Below are positions 27,074-40,519 of a stretch of 64,000 nucleotides of DNA, piece by piece. The stretch is taken from NCBI GenBank assembly GCA_012295275.1, contig CM022670.1, forward strand, positions 40,114,001 to 40,178,000, given 5' to 3'. Both the position numbers and the translations under genes were made by a program. The stretch is from Chrysomallon squamiferum. Its lineage: Eukaryota > Animalia > Mollusca. Each line of letters starts with the position of its first letter. Within the stretch, counting starts at the first letter, position 1. The notes under the pieces are model-generated. The model saw nothing but the letters and a program-made list of their open reading frames with translations, was not told where the DNA came from and ran no database searches.

Positions 27074-27103
27074 CAAAACGAACTATTTATATTCGGAAGC
27101 TAC
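27074..27103 (+). CDS. Candidate 30-nt phase-1 micro-exon of the EGF-kringle-Ig gene
   Basis: Branch-like tattaac and pyrimidine tract tttcttatttctctctcttcag precede a 30-nt body and donor gtgagt at 27104. It is open in the phase-1 frame, (T)KRTIYIRKL(Q), and preserves frame between exons 13219-13291 and 56154-56312. Confidence 0.45.
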
Positions 27104-27694
27104 GTGAGTAGAAAACTCCATGTGTAACGCTATTTGTAACTTTCTTCATTTTGCACAGATCATTTTAATTTCACATTCTGCAGTTTAATTAATTATACAT
27201 CTCTTTTATGTTCATGTTTTTTGCTTCATGCATATATATATATATATATATTCAAAGAGCCACTTCTTCTATCTCTATCACGCACACGCACACACACACG
27301 TATATACACATATACACGTGTATAAATTTTCTATATTTCACTTTTCCCTTCGTGCTGGACTTCGGCAAGGCTATACTCTGCCAGCTTGTCTATTTGTAAT
27401 ACATTTTAAAATATCTAAACTGTACATAAATTAAAATATAAATTATAATTCAATTTCTTCTCTGAGATACAAATGTAATTATATATATATATATAAAATA
27501 ATAATAATAAAAATTATTATCAGTTACATTGTTTTGCAGTTGTTAGTATCAGAGATGGGAACAAATAGGTCAGTTAATTAATAACTGTCACTTTTTCAAT
27601 AATTATTGAGATATAAATAAAACGTATGAAAAAATACACGTACATATACACCTACTTATACAAATATACATACAAATATACATACATACATACA

Positions 27695-27725
<31 letters not shown>

Positions 27726-29159
27726 GTAACACATATTCACACGATCTCACAAGAACAAATTATATATTATAATCAAAGATGTTTCACTTTTATATTTTAA
27801 TACACATAAAAATAATTTAAAAAGATTTCTCTTTATTGAATTTGTAATATCTTGCTTTACTATCCAGAATAATACAAATTAAATAAACATAACGTACACA
27901 TTATAAAAAAAAAAAAAAAAACAGTTCTAAATTTTAGGCACTGTCTTTCATCATCGGAATGTTCACTTTTCATATTATTTACACTTTGTTTGCATAAAAG
28001 CTCAGTCTTTTTAAAATATATTTTTTAATTTATTTTCTAAGCTTTCAGAGCTTATTTTTCTATTGTTTTTTCATTCCTGTTTCATCCATATCGGTGCATC
28101 TTTTCAATCACAGAAACAAAACATACTCGTGTGTAGTTCTCTATAATTACATTTTTGTTGTAAATTACTCTTTGTTGCATGGATATAATTTTATTTTGTC
28201 AGTTACGTAATATAATATGCTCAATAATTATTACCCTTATTATTATTATTAATATTATTATTATTATCGTTATAAGTATCGTCATGTTTCATATTTAGAA
28301 AATTAAAAATATTATTACCATTAGTGGCAGTACTACTACTTGTATCATTATTGTTGCTGTTGTTATTATTAATATTAATATTAATATTAGTATCAATATT
28401 ATCCTTGTTACTGTCGTTTTTCTGTGTGTTCATACATAAAGGTAACTAAGATATATAACCAAAACTATTCATGATTATAATCTTTGTAATTTCATACTTT
28501 CGAACCCAACAAAAAAAAAAAATGTGTATATATATATGAACAAAAAGAATCCTTGTTTTAGTGGAACGTCTACTATCAAAACGATGCCAGAAGAGTGATA
28601 ACTAAATTCCAATTCTTGACAGACGAATTGAAAAACCAGATTCATTCCTGGTCAAAAAAAAAAAAAAAAAAAAAAAAAAAAACGTTCTGTAACATGAGAG
28701 TAATAAGTTTTTTGTTTTTTGTTTTTTTTGGTGGGGGTTATTTGTTTGCTGTTGGGTTTTTTGTTGTTTTGTTTTGTTTTTCTGTGGTGAAATAATATTC
28801 AGTAAAACAAGTAATTCTTAGTATTTGTCGCTTATCTATTAACACAATGTAGGCCACAGTTTGCACTGAAATAGCTGGGCTCGTTTACGGATGGTAGGGT
28901 ATCGAGTTCGAGACTCAGTAACGTCATTGATGACTGAACGTAAGCATTGAACAGGCGGGTGATTCAGATAGCATTAATGTTAGTGAACCTCGGGTAGACA
29001 GCTCACTCAGCTTATAACGATGAGCTGCAGATTAGTAAGGAGTGATTTCAGCAAAGGGAGCGCCATATTTACCAATTTTATAAATTTCAAGACGAAATAG
29101 ATTTCAACATAAATAAAAAAAAAATTTGACCCATTCCATATGTATTTAAGATATATTTT

Positions 29160-29177
29160 CTATTATTATTATCATTA

Positions 29178-29210
<33 letters not shown>

Positions 29211-29297
29211 CTTATAATTATATTATTATCATTATAATTATATTATTATTATAATTATATTATTATTATCATTATTATATTATTATCATCATCATTA

Positions 29298-29342
<45 letters not shown>

Positions 29343-29345
29343 CTT
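29160..29345. repeat. (ATT)n-derived compound repeat
   Basis: Direct reading. Confidence 0.9.
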
Positions 29346-30369
29346 ATACAGATTATCGTTATTAAAAATGCGTCGCATTTTATAAATCAGACTCATACTA
29401 AAATTGCTCAGCCCATCCTGCTAAAGTTTAAACAACTCAACACGTGTTGCGTCCGTCACGTCTGGTGATTTAAAGACGCAATTAGAAACATTCTGCACAA
29501 GACATCTGTTAGTGTTTGAGATAAAGATTTAGCTTAGCCAAGTGTTGACTATTTAGATAAAGGTTTAACAGGATTTTTTTCACAGATTTTTCTCGTACGA
29601 ACTCGTCGTGTATGGATTTGGGTGAAAAGTTTAACGCCTGCGTTTGAGCGACAATTAATTTAATGTAAATGTTTGTTTTGTTTTGTGAAAGAATCTATAG
29701 ATAGATAAATAAAAATCCATGGATCATCCCCGGAGTCTTATTTTTTTTCTGAATCACGATAAAAAAAGAAGAAAATAATAATAAAAAAACGATTAAAAAA
29801 AAAAAAAAAACCCGCCTATTGGGGCAAATAGTTATTATTAAGAAGACATATAAAGCTTTACAGAATAAATTAATTAATTACTTTGCATATAAACTGTAGC
29901 CTATATAAAATTATGATACTCCTGTACGTTAATTTATAGTTATATCGTGTGTGTGTGTGTGTGCGTGCGTGTGCATTTGTTAGATGTTGTATAGTAATGT
30001 TATACTGAGTATTCGTTGGTTCGTTAGGATTTTTTTTTTTTTTTTTAAACCTGTAATTATTTAATGAAGGAGCACGATTTCAGCACTAGTAAAAATTAAG
30101 CAACAAGTTGTGTTATAAAGAACCACGTGTTTTTTCTTTACTTCAGTCAAGAACGAAGCAGACAATGAAGACAGTTGACGTTCTCTGTTGTTTTCAAAAC
30201 AGGTCTAACATTTCCATTTCTTCACGTCTTCTGAAAATCTACGCTAACGTCCACTCAAAATCTAATACATTATTCCCTTTAAGTCTATCCTAACATAAAC
30301 GTCATGTTATATCGTGACATCCTTTACTGTTCTAACCTCGTTAAATAAATCTCTGATGTTCTTCCAAAT

Positions 30370-30510
30370 ATAACATCATGTCCACTCTAAATATTCTCAT
30401 GTCCACTCTAAATACATCATCGTGTCCAATCCAAATAAACTGCGATGACCACTGCCAGTATACAATTACGTTCACTCCAGACAGACCTCGATGTCCACTA
30501 CAAATCTATC
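30370..30510. repeat. Degenerate ~23-25-bp tandem repeat with a (T/A)CCACT core
   Basis: catgtccactctaaata occurs twice exactly, and diverged copies follow. Confidence 0.55.
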
Positions 30511-31571
30511 CTGTGCCTGACCAGTTAACAAATTAACAAAGCATCGTCATTTACAACTACTACAGTCTATTTAATCAGTTGTTTTAATTTCGTCACGGCT
30601 CGTACTTCACAGAACTGTCTCTTATTAGACACTCTGTACTTTTTCTGGGGGATTCAGAGTTGAAACCCGCATGGACGTCTTACCACTAGCAGCACTGCAA
30701 TTATTCACGGGTTTTTGTCCGACACGTTAATGTGACGTTTGTCCGTTTATTACCGTCAACCCGAGTGCAGCCTGTCCGGTTTTTATATGAAGAAGCCATC
30801 ACTCACGCGAATACGTTATAGCGCATTAATGGTCACACTGATTGGTGATAACGGCGGTCAGCGAGAGAGAGGGTGATGGTGGTGGAGGTGGAGGTGACGG
30901 GGGAAAGAAGAAGAAGGTATTGATTGATCCCAGACCAATATAACTGATTGGTTTGTGAGCGTCAGTGTAAGTAAAGGGAGCAAAGTGCGAATGCATTTAC
31001 CGGGCGAGTTCACGCGAAATCACTTACCGCGGAGCAAAGGTCGCAGATTGTCGTTGATTTCCTCTGTATTATGCTCACAACGACAACGTTAATTTTTCGA
31101 CGAAATGTGTTAGGTTGAACACGTCGCAGCGCCGATAGAAAGAACTGATGAAGATAGATGGCTGCTTTTGTGCGAACGGGATCGACGTTGTATACATTTG
31201 TGTTTTGGTTTAAGGCTAGCAATATGCTCGGCTAGGTTCGGCTTTCTTCGTGAGATGAGGGGGAGATAATTGCTTTCAAAAGGTGTCGTGCTAGTCAAAA
31301 GGCCGCCCAATCAACGTATCTCGGTTCACATCCGGCGTTTTAAAATGGCTTTCTGTCAAAGATATCCATTACTGTGGGAACACGCACTTATAAGAGATAG
31401 CTGGTTGTTAGCGGGTAATAAGAGCAGACTATTAACCTCGTTCCTGAACAGGCAGTTCGTGTAGCTAGGCTGTCTGTGCATCTCAGTTTACAGGCATCTT
31501 TATTAGCTATTTATTTATTTATTTCTTCATTTATTTTTTTCTTCTTCTTCTTCTTCTTCTTATTGTTGTTG

Positions 31572-31621
<50 letters not shown>

Positions 31622-32013
31622 GTTATTATTAACTTTTACCAATTAAAATATATTATGCTCATTTTTCCCATTTTATCCATTTCCCAGTCTATCATCATCC
31701 TTATCATATATAATCATCATTTGCAGCAATACCCCGTACATCATCAGAATGCAAAATATTAATCAAGAACGTAATTGTAATAAAACTACACATTAAAATA
31801 ATGGCATGTCTTGGCAACACGAACCAACCGTCGAATCAATACAATAACTCACTGTGATGCATAATATAATTACGTCTTTCAAGCGCAGGTTTCGCTTATC
31901 TCTTCGTTTCGTTCGAGCATATCGGATATTTCATAATGTAGATGAATCGGAGCAGAAACCCCAAATAAACGATGTATCGTGTTCTTGATTAATCTTGAAT
32001 GAATTTGCCTATA

Positions 32014-32049
<36 letters not shown>

Positions 32050-32836
32050 CACTTCAGGGCGCTAAATAATTATTTTTCGCAGATCGGTGGTTTCGTTAAT
32101 AGTGAAAACAGTTAACAATGAGGATGCAGCTGTTAAACAGGTGGACAGAAACCTTGTTATTAAATTGCGTGTTTCGAAACCAGCGTAACGTATGTGGTAC
32201 GCATGCTTAAAAATAACGCTACTTGAAATCCATTAGCGTTTTTAATAAATTTTATTCTCTTTGTTCTGAATGTAATTTTTTATTTTTTTTTTTTTTTTTT
32301 TAAATTGTAATTGTGTTAAACAAGGCGACGTGGAATTGCTTGTAACATCTTGACTGTGTCACATTTTCATATATTTTTAATAAATGTTGGGTTTGTTGTT
32401 TCAGAAGCTGGATTCCAAGTGTTTTTCGAATACAAGGATAGAATTTTAGCGTTCAATCAAATTTTAAACTGTGTTTCGTGTTGTATGTTACTCAGACTTG
32501 GAAAGAGTAATCATATTTTGCGTAGTCAGATAATTTCTTTCTTTGAATAATTTAAACTGGCATTTTCTTTTGTTATTTTATTTATGTAGTCCTTAACAGC
32601 TACACTTTTCGAAACAGAAATTATTTTGTTTGATCTCTTTGTTCTAGCCGCTGTGTAAATAGACTCTGACAACTAGATATTGAAACTCACGTAAACAGAG
32701 AGAAGCACAGATGTGTTAAAATAAAACTCATTTATAATTCGTAACTGTTTTCTCACTCAGACTCCAGTCTCACTGATTTTGTTCTTTTCCGACATACTCT
32801 CAAGCACAAACTCTCAAAAGCTCTGTTTTCTGTACG

Positions 32837-33632
<796 letters not shown>

Positions 33633-33969
33633 ACTCACTTTATCAAACACGATGTGTTTTTCAAGTGACAAAATAACTGAACTCTAAAACATTGAAAAAG
33701 AAAGGAACGGCATCGTGCTTTAGATTAAATGAAGTGGAAAACACCGAATGACTTGAGCTATCTGCAGGAAATTGTTTCCTAGTGTTGAAGATCCAGACTG
33801 TTTGTTCCATTGTTCTGCAGAAAGTCGTGTAAATATTGTGTGTATAGAAGACAAAGCTTTGAACGTGGGACAAATTGATTTCAGTTGTTAAATATACAAA
33901 CAGTCTTTGAGTACATAGCTTTGTGTGTGTGTGTGTGTGTGTGTTTTCTGTATGTAATCTTGTACCTCT

Positions 33970-34098
33970 CATACATATACATATATATATACATACATAC
34001 ATACATATACATATACATACATACATACATACATACATACATACATACATACATACATACATACATACATACATACATCCATACATGCATATATATAT
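33970..34098. repeat. (CATA)n/(TA)n microsatellite
   Basis: Direct reading. Confidence 0.93.
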
Positions 34099-34226
34099 AT
34101 TATAAGAAAACCATGATTATATATTGTTATAACGTTATTAATAAAAATGGTTATTACGACACCATTCAAGACCATCAGTCATAACCGTGTTAAAAATGAT
34201 GACTACATCTTCTATAAGTTTATATA

Positions 34227-34230
<4 letters not shown>

Positions 34231-34296
<66 letters not shown>
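34231..34296. repeat. (TG)n microsatellite
   Basis: Direct reading. Confidence 0.95.
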
Positions 34297-34298
<2 letters not shown>

Positions 34299-34534
34299 GA
34301 TAAGCATAAGCACCTGAACTAAACTAAACTTTATCTTGTATATTCAAGATTTAACGGATGTTTCTCATGCCAGTTACTAGTTAGAAGTGGGAGCGTATTT
34401 TAGGTCAAAAAACAAAAGACTTGTTTCTAGAAAAGGACCGTTGTAAATCAAAACGAATATACGTTAATTTCATCTTTCAAATAAAATAGTTGGACTGAAC
34501 AACCCGTTATTAGACAGTGGATGAAAATAGGAGC

Positions 34535-34590
<56 letters not shown>

Positions 34591-35491
34591 TTAATAAGAA
34601 GACGTAACGACGTTCCATTGTATATAATTCCCGAAATGAATCTTTCCTTCTATCATATTTTCCATCAGAAAAAAAAAGAAAAAAAAAATCCTATCATTTA
34701 TTTTTATATTCTCTAACAGCCAACCTCGTGTCATCATCCTATATCCTTTTACTTGGAATAAAAAAAAAATAAAAAAAAAAAAAAAAAAAAAAAAAATAAA
34801 TTGAAAGTAAAATAATATTCATGTCTGTAAAGACTCTTGGAACTGCTGATAGTTTACAGTTAATGCTTATTGATTATTTTATTGTGTTTTTGTTATTGTT
34901 TTATCTGCTCGATTGCTCCATCAGAATCCCAAATCCCTTTAATCACGATTTCTCGCAGCAAACACACACACACACACACACACAAACACACACACGCGCC
35001 GGCTTAAGCTAGACAATGTGAACGATTTAACGAGCACTTATCTGCAAGGTAAATCTGTATTCTCCCAGGATTACTTACTCGCCAAATCTCATAACGAAAA
35101 GTTTATTGCTGACAATCGATAAGTAATCCACACAAATTAACGATAAGCATAGCTTCATTACGTGGACTCGAGACCTGAACGTTTGTTTGTTCGTTCGTTC
35201 GTTCGTCTCTGCCTTCTAATTATTGTTACCTCGATACTGACTTATTAATGCAAATCTTTTTACTAGTATTTTTTTGTTCTTTTCAATTATCAGGATGGCA
35301 TGTTAGTTGTTGTTAGTTGTTGCCCTGTCTCGGTGCGCACGTAACATCGTTTAGTGCTGTAACAGTGTTAACCTAGGTGACCCGACGATCAACCCCGTCT
35401 TTGGGACTTACGTTCGTTCGGACGTATTTACGACTGCGGAGTTGTAATGTTTTAAGCTTCCAGCGCCTTCAGTATAAAATAAGATGCCACC

Positions 35492-35792
35492 AATAATAAT
35501 AATAATAATAATAATAATGATGATGATGATGATGATAATGATGATAATAATAATAATGGTTATGATAATGATGATGATGATAATAATGATGATAACGATG
35601 ATGATAATGCTGTTAAATGTAATAATGATGACGACGACGACGATGATGTTAATGATAATAATGATGACGATAATAATGATGATAACGATGATGATGTTAA
35701 TGATAATAATGGTGACGATAATGATGATGATGATAATGATTATGATAATGATGTGAATGATAATAATGATGACGATGATGATAACAATAATA
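35492..35792. repeat. Compound (ATA/ATG/ACG)n trinucleotide tract
   Basis: Direct reading. It is the source of the poly-I/M ORFs. Confidence 0.92.
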
Positions 35793-36337
35793 AACATCAT
35801 CATTATTAAAATAAATAAAGCTAACTAGAAAAGCAAGAATTATTTTTAAAATGCAGAAAAGACAAATTTTCCTTCCATTTACACCAGCAGCTTTGCTTTT
35901 TTTTTTTTTTTTTTTTTACCTAATTTCTGTCTTCGCATGTCACAAAACATAACTCTTCTGACTCTTTAGCATCATTTTTTTTTTTTTTTTTTTTTTTTGG
36001 CCAACATGTTTGGAGAATTGTTATTTTGGAAAACGAGAGCAAAAGGAAGTTCTCTGTGTTTCAAATGGCAACTCGAAAACAAGAAGTTCTGAACAGCTGT
36101 GATTTATTTTGAGACACAAAGTGGTTGGATGGAAAAATGGGAAAACTGGGTCCTGGGAATGAGATTTGAGTGTCAGTCAGAGAGATCTAGATTTAGAGAT
36201 AACTGAAGACATGCGTTATGTTATTATTATTTTTTTTAAATTAAAGGTTTAAGTGCAGATCGAGAAGCGCATACAATAACACACTAAAACAGACAGTTAA
36301 TAAATAATCTTCTTTTTAAAAATATCTTTCCTTAAAC

Positions 36338-36406
<69 letters not shown>

Positions 36407-37641
36407 ATATTTACTCAGTTGTTAATGCAGTGCGTTTTCCACATTAACTCAAACAACACATGCCTCTCTGAAAAATAGCCACAGCAAAAATGTGATCATT
36501 TAAAATTTTAAATGTATCCTGTAACACACATTGGTCATGCAAAAGAATCTTTTGTCATTTGAAGTGAATCGATCTAACGACCTTAGGCTGAAAGTTCTTT
36601 TAATGGTCCTACCCAGGGAAAAAACAAATTTAACTTGTACCAGAAAAGACGAATATTGTAAATATGAAAATGTTCTTGAATATCCCAACATAGTTGCATC
36701 CTTTGTTTTCACATAGCTGTGCTTTTGGCTTTGTCGTCGCTTTGTATGATTTTTTTTCATTTTTCCTGTTTTGACAAAATGTTAAAGTTCGTGCAGTTTA
36801 TCTGTCAGAAACCAGACCAGTTCATTTAAGATAACTGTTAATGTAATTTAATACAATTATTTAGTTTAAGATGTTCAGCTATTTGATTATTTAAAGAATT
36901 GTGTACATAGAATTTTAAAAAAATTAATTAACTATTTCGCTATGTTTTCGATTTCAGTACGCTAAATTTAATATTAATATAAAAATAAAATAACAAACAA
37001 CAAAACCAAAAAATGTTAAAATTATCGTTTAGACGAAAACCGTGTCAGAACTAATTGAACAAAATGTCGTTGAAAACCAGATTATCCTGACTTCGCCTGT
37101 AAAGTGCCTGTGTGTTTAAATTACTAATTCTCTAATCTAAATACAGCAACATCTTTACGTAGTCGCTCCTAACTCAATAACAGATTCCTCAGTGAATGAT
37201 TTCTTAAAGCGAGAGAGTTTAAACAGGTCTTGTTGAATCCAATTTTAATTTACGTTTTGTTTCCACCCGCCTGAAAAAAAAACTCATTTTCTACGTAATG
37301 ACGTAATCCAGTGATGTGAAAGAAACGAGTTTGAAACGTTAACAAGGTTTTTAAAAAAACATCTTTGCGTCATGTTAACAAGACATGTTAATAACATTCG
37401 CTGAAGCATCTTGTTAACCTCGTAAGAATACGTCGTCGTCATTTTCAACGATATTAGGACTGATTGTCTTGAATGATGTCGTCATCATTGCGTTATTATT
37501 TTTTTTTTTTTTATTAATAAGGTTATAACATTATATTATTGATATGATTACACAATAACCGTTGTGACGTCGATTTATGATCGCTGCCAAACAACAGTCA
37601 ATTATGTTATCATTGTTGCACCATCACTAATATTGCCGCTT

Positions 37642-37674
37642 GTTGACATGGTTACTGCGTGTTATCATGGTTAC
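37642..37674. promoter_or_regulatory. Tandem pair of X-box-like motifs
   Basis: GTTGACATGGTTAC (one mismatch) and GTTATCATGGTTAC, whose reverse complement GTAACCATGATAAC is a full match to GTHNYYATRRNAAC. Confidence 0.3.
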
Positions 37675-38734
37675 GCGAGCATTCGGATGACTCAATTCTG
37701 AGTTGTATACGACGCTTTTCCGTTTGATCCAATAACGCGATATGTGTTCATAAAGGCAGTATTTCACCGAGCTCTGAGTTTTACGACCAGCTCAGAAATG
37801 AAATCCTCGCTGCACACAACAAACTCGTCAATATAGTAAAAGCGTCCTTCAGCGGCCGAGAGGGAAAAATATGGATTTGCATGTCGAGTTTGATTAGTTT
37901 GCCGAAGACTGTGTTACCGCATCTCATTGCGAGTCTTTTGTTGATAAGAAAGCATTCGTCAGATTAACAGCTCCGGCCTCCAGATTGTATTGTCTTCGTT
38001 TTCGCCAAATTGACTTGATTCAATGCCGTAAATTAGATTACGACTGACAAACGTCAACCCCATTGTCTCTGTTTGTTTAAACAAATATAAAAAAAAAAAA
38101 AAAAAAAAAAGTGGCCGAGGGTGATCGATAGTTCAAAGTGCGTGCTGCGTTAATTATTTCGTTTGATTTGTCTTTAGAAAGAAGAGTTTTGTGAGGTCTG
38201 GTGAAAGGTTTCGGGGAGTTGCCTAATTTTGAACAAAAAAATTTAATGTTTTATTTTACGTCTGCTTAAGAATCTTTGTAAGTTCTTTTCAAAATTGTTG
38301 CATGCAATTTTGGCGTTAGATCCTCTTTTCACTGATACAGATTTTAACACGATTTACTACAGCTGTTACTTTTTTCCTTATCTAAACATGATTTTAGTCA
38401 ATTAAAGTTCTGAATACGTTATTTAAAAAAATAATAATAATAAAAAAACGTTTTATGGTCGTCCTAAAAGCCAGTAATGCTGTTCACATTAAGACAGCAA
38501 AAAAGCAAAAACTACATTAAATTAGCTTTTTTCAGTTTTACGTTCAAATGGATTTCTTCTTCTTTTTTTTTTTTTTTTTTTTTTTTTTCTTCTTCTTCTT
38601 CTTCTTCTTCTTATTATTATTATTATTACTTTTTTACTTTTTTGTATTTATATATTGTTTTATTTTTCCAGTCGTGTCTCTTCTCTGCCTTTTTTTACTT
38701 TTTCTCTTTTTCTCTCTATATTGTTTTATCGCTC

Positions 38735-38813
<79 letters not shown>

Positions 38814-40400
38814 CTCTCTCTCTGAGTGTTTAAGCACGAGACTTGTGTATGTGTCTGATTTTATCAGACTATAAAACAATGTTTATATCTGAATACATTG
38901 CTAGTAATTACTGTAAGCATTTTGTTTTATAATTTCGGTCAAGCCTCTAAATCACAGAAGCCCAGTTCAGTGAACAGATATCTCTCCATCTGAGGAAGTA
39001 AAAACGATGCCCTGCAACTCCCAAACGTGTTTCACTTCCATCTCGGTAATGGTAGAAATCTACACGCTCGTACACGGGCGGCGATAACAGCGTCGTACTG
39101 GAATGAGTAATAAGACAAATACTATATTCCATAAAACTCGCGTCTGAAAAGCAGGACGTGCTCCTGTGACAAGATAGCTCCCCATTATTTGATCCCCGGG
39201 GGAAATTAATTCCATATCTAGTTAATTCTCGTGTAGAATGTTGCCTGTTGCTTTGACGAAAACGTTGATTTGATTGTTTAGCAGTTTCCCCCGTTCGGCG
39301 TCTTCTTCTGCAGCAAACGTTTTGGTAATTTCGTTATCAATATGTCCACTCCGTCGCGAACGTGCTGACATTGTTTTTTAATTAATTTGTATTTAATTTT
39401 TACGCTTATTTAGGCAATGTTAATCTTGATCAAAGTTTTTGTAATTTGTTAGTGCTTATTTGTCGTCTCAATCGATCTTGCTTTCTTAATAATCAGCTGC
39501 TGTTTTCTTTTCTTTGTTTTTGTTGTCAGATAAGAAAAGAGAAAGAGAAAGAATCGTTTTGTTATCACTATAGTGTTTAATATAATAGGTCAAACACACA
39601 CAAAAGAGCGTTAAAAAAACAAAACAAAACAACTGTTTAACGTAATAAGCAGTATATTATGTTTTTATTTATTGGTACATAAAATATAGTTTTAATATGT
39701 TGTTATATTAGCTCCTAATTATGTGTTTAAGGGTCGAAATTATTGAAATTAATATAGTGACGGAAATGTTACAACTATTATAATTCTTATATAATTAGGC
39801 AATATTTAACTTCAGTCTAAACACACATCGCTAACGATCGGACAAACAAGTAAAACTAGGTAATGGAAACTAAAGCCAAAACTTAACATAATACAAGTTT
39901 TCCGATCTCTCTGCAAAATCAATACACCCAGCTTTAACCCATATAAATAAATAACCCTTGCCATGGACACTGATGTTTCATCTCTAGCTAAACTCTGTGC
40001 ATTCTGCCACACACACACACCACCATAAGGGAAAAACTCATTGAATTACTTCAGCTTTTTCGTCATCAAAACTCAATCAAGCCGATTTGCCGATGGTATC
40101 GAAGTTTCCATACCACGAGAAGAATGTTCTGGTTGGCTCGACATTAAGATGACACTGTTGAGTTATTTGCGAGAAGCAGCAAGAAGCGTGTGCAGTCTGA
40201 TCTCATTGTTTGATCTATGTTATTGAACTTATCGCTGCCAGTCAGAGAGCAAACACTTCTAGATGAGATGAATGTTTGTTCTGAACACTGCAATAACCAA
40301 AAAAAAAAAAAGAGAGACGTTATTCGGTCACATACTCAAAACAGTGTAGTGGCTCTTTACTTTAATATCATTATAGTTATCTTCTTTGTTTTTTTCCTTT

Positions 40401-40401
<1 letters not shown>

Positions 40402-40472
<71 letters not shown>

Positions 40473-40519
40473 ATAGTAGTAGTAGTAGTAGTTGTAGTAA
40501 TAATAATAATAATAATAAT
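40402..40519. repeat. (AAT)n-(AGT)n-(AAT)n compound microsatellite
   Basis: Direct reading. Confidence 0.92.

Noticed and set aside
28890-28930. B-box-like GAGTTCGAGACTC (similar string on the minus strand near 25665-25685) suggesting a tRNA or tRNA-derived SINE
   Set aside because: No A-box, cloverleaf, tail or TSD could be established.
35408-35803. Poly-Ile/Met and similar transmembrane-looking ORFs (also 2479-2691, 16503-16703, 17520-17786, 21410-21760, 51454-51678)
   Set aside because: They are trinucleotide microsatellite artefacts.
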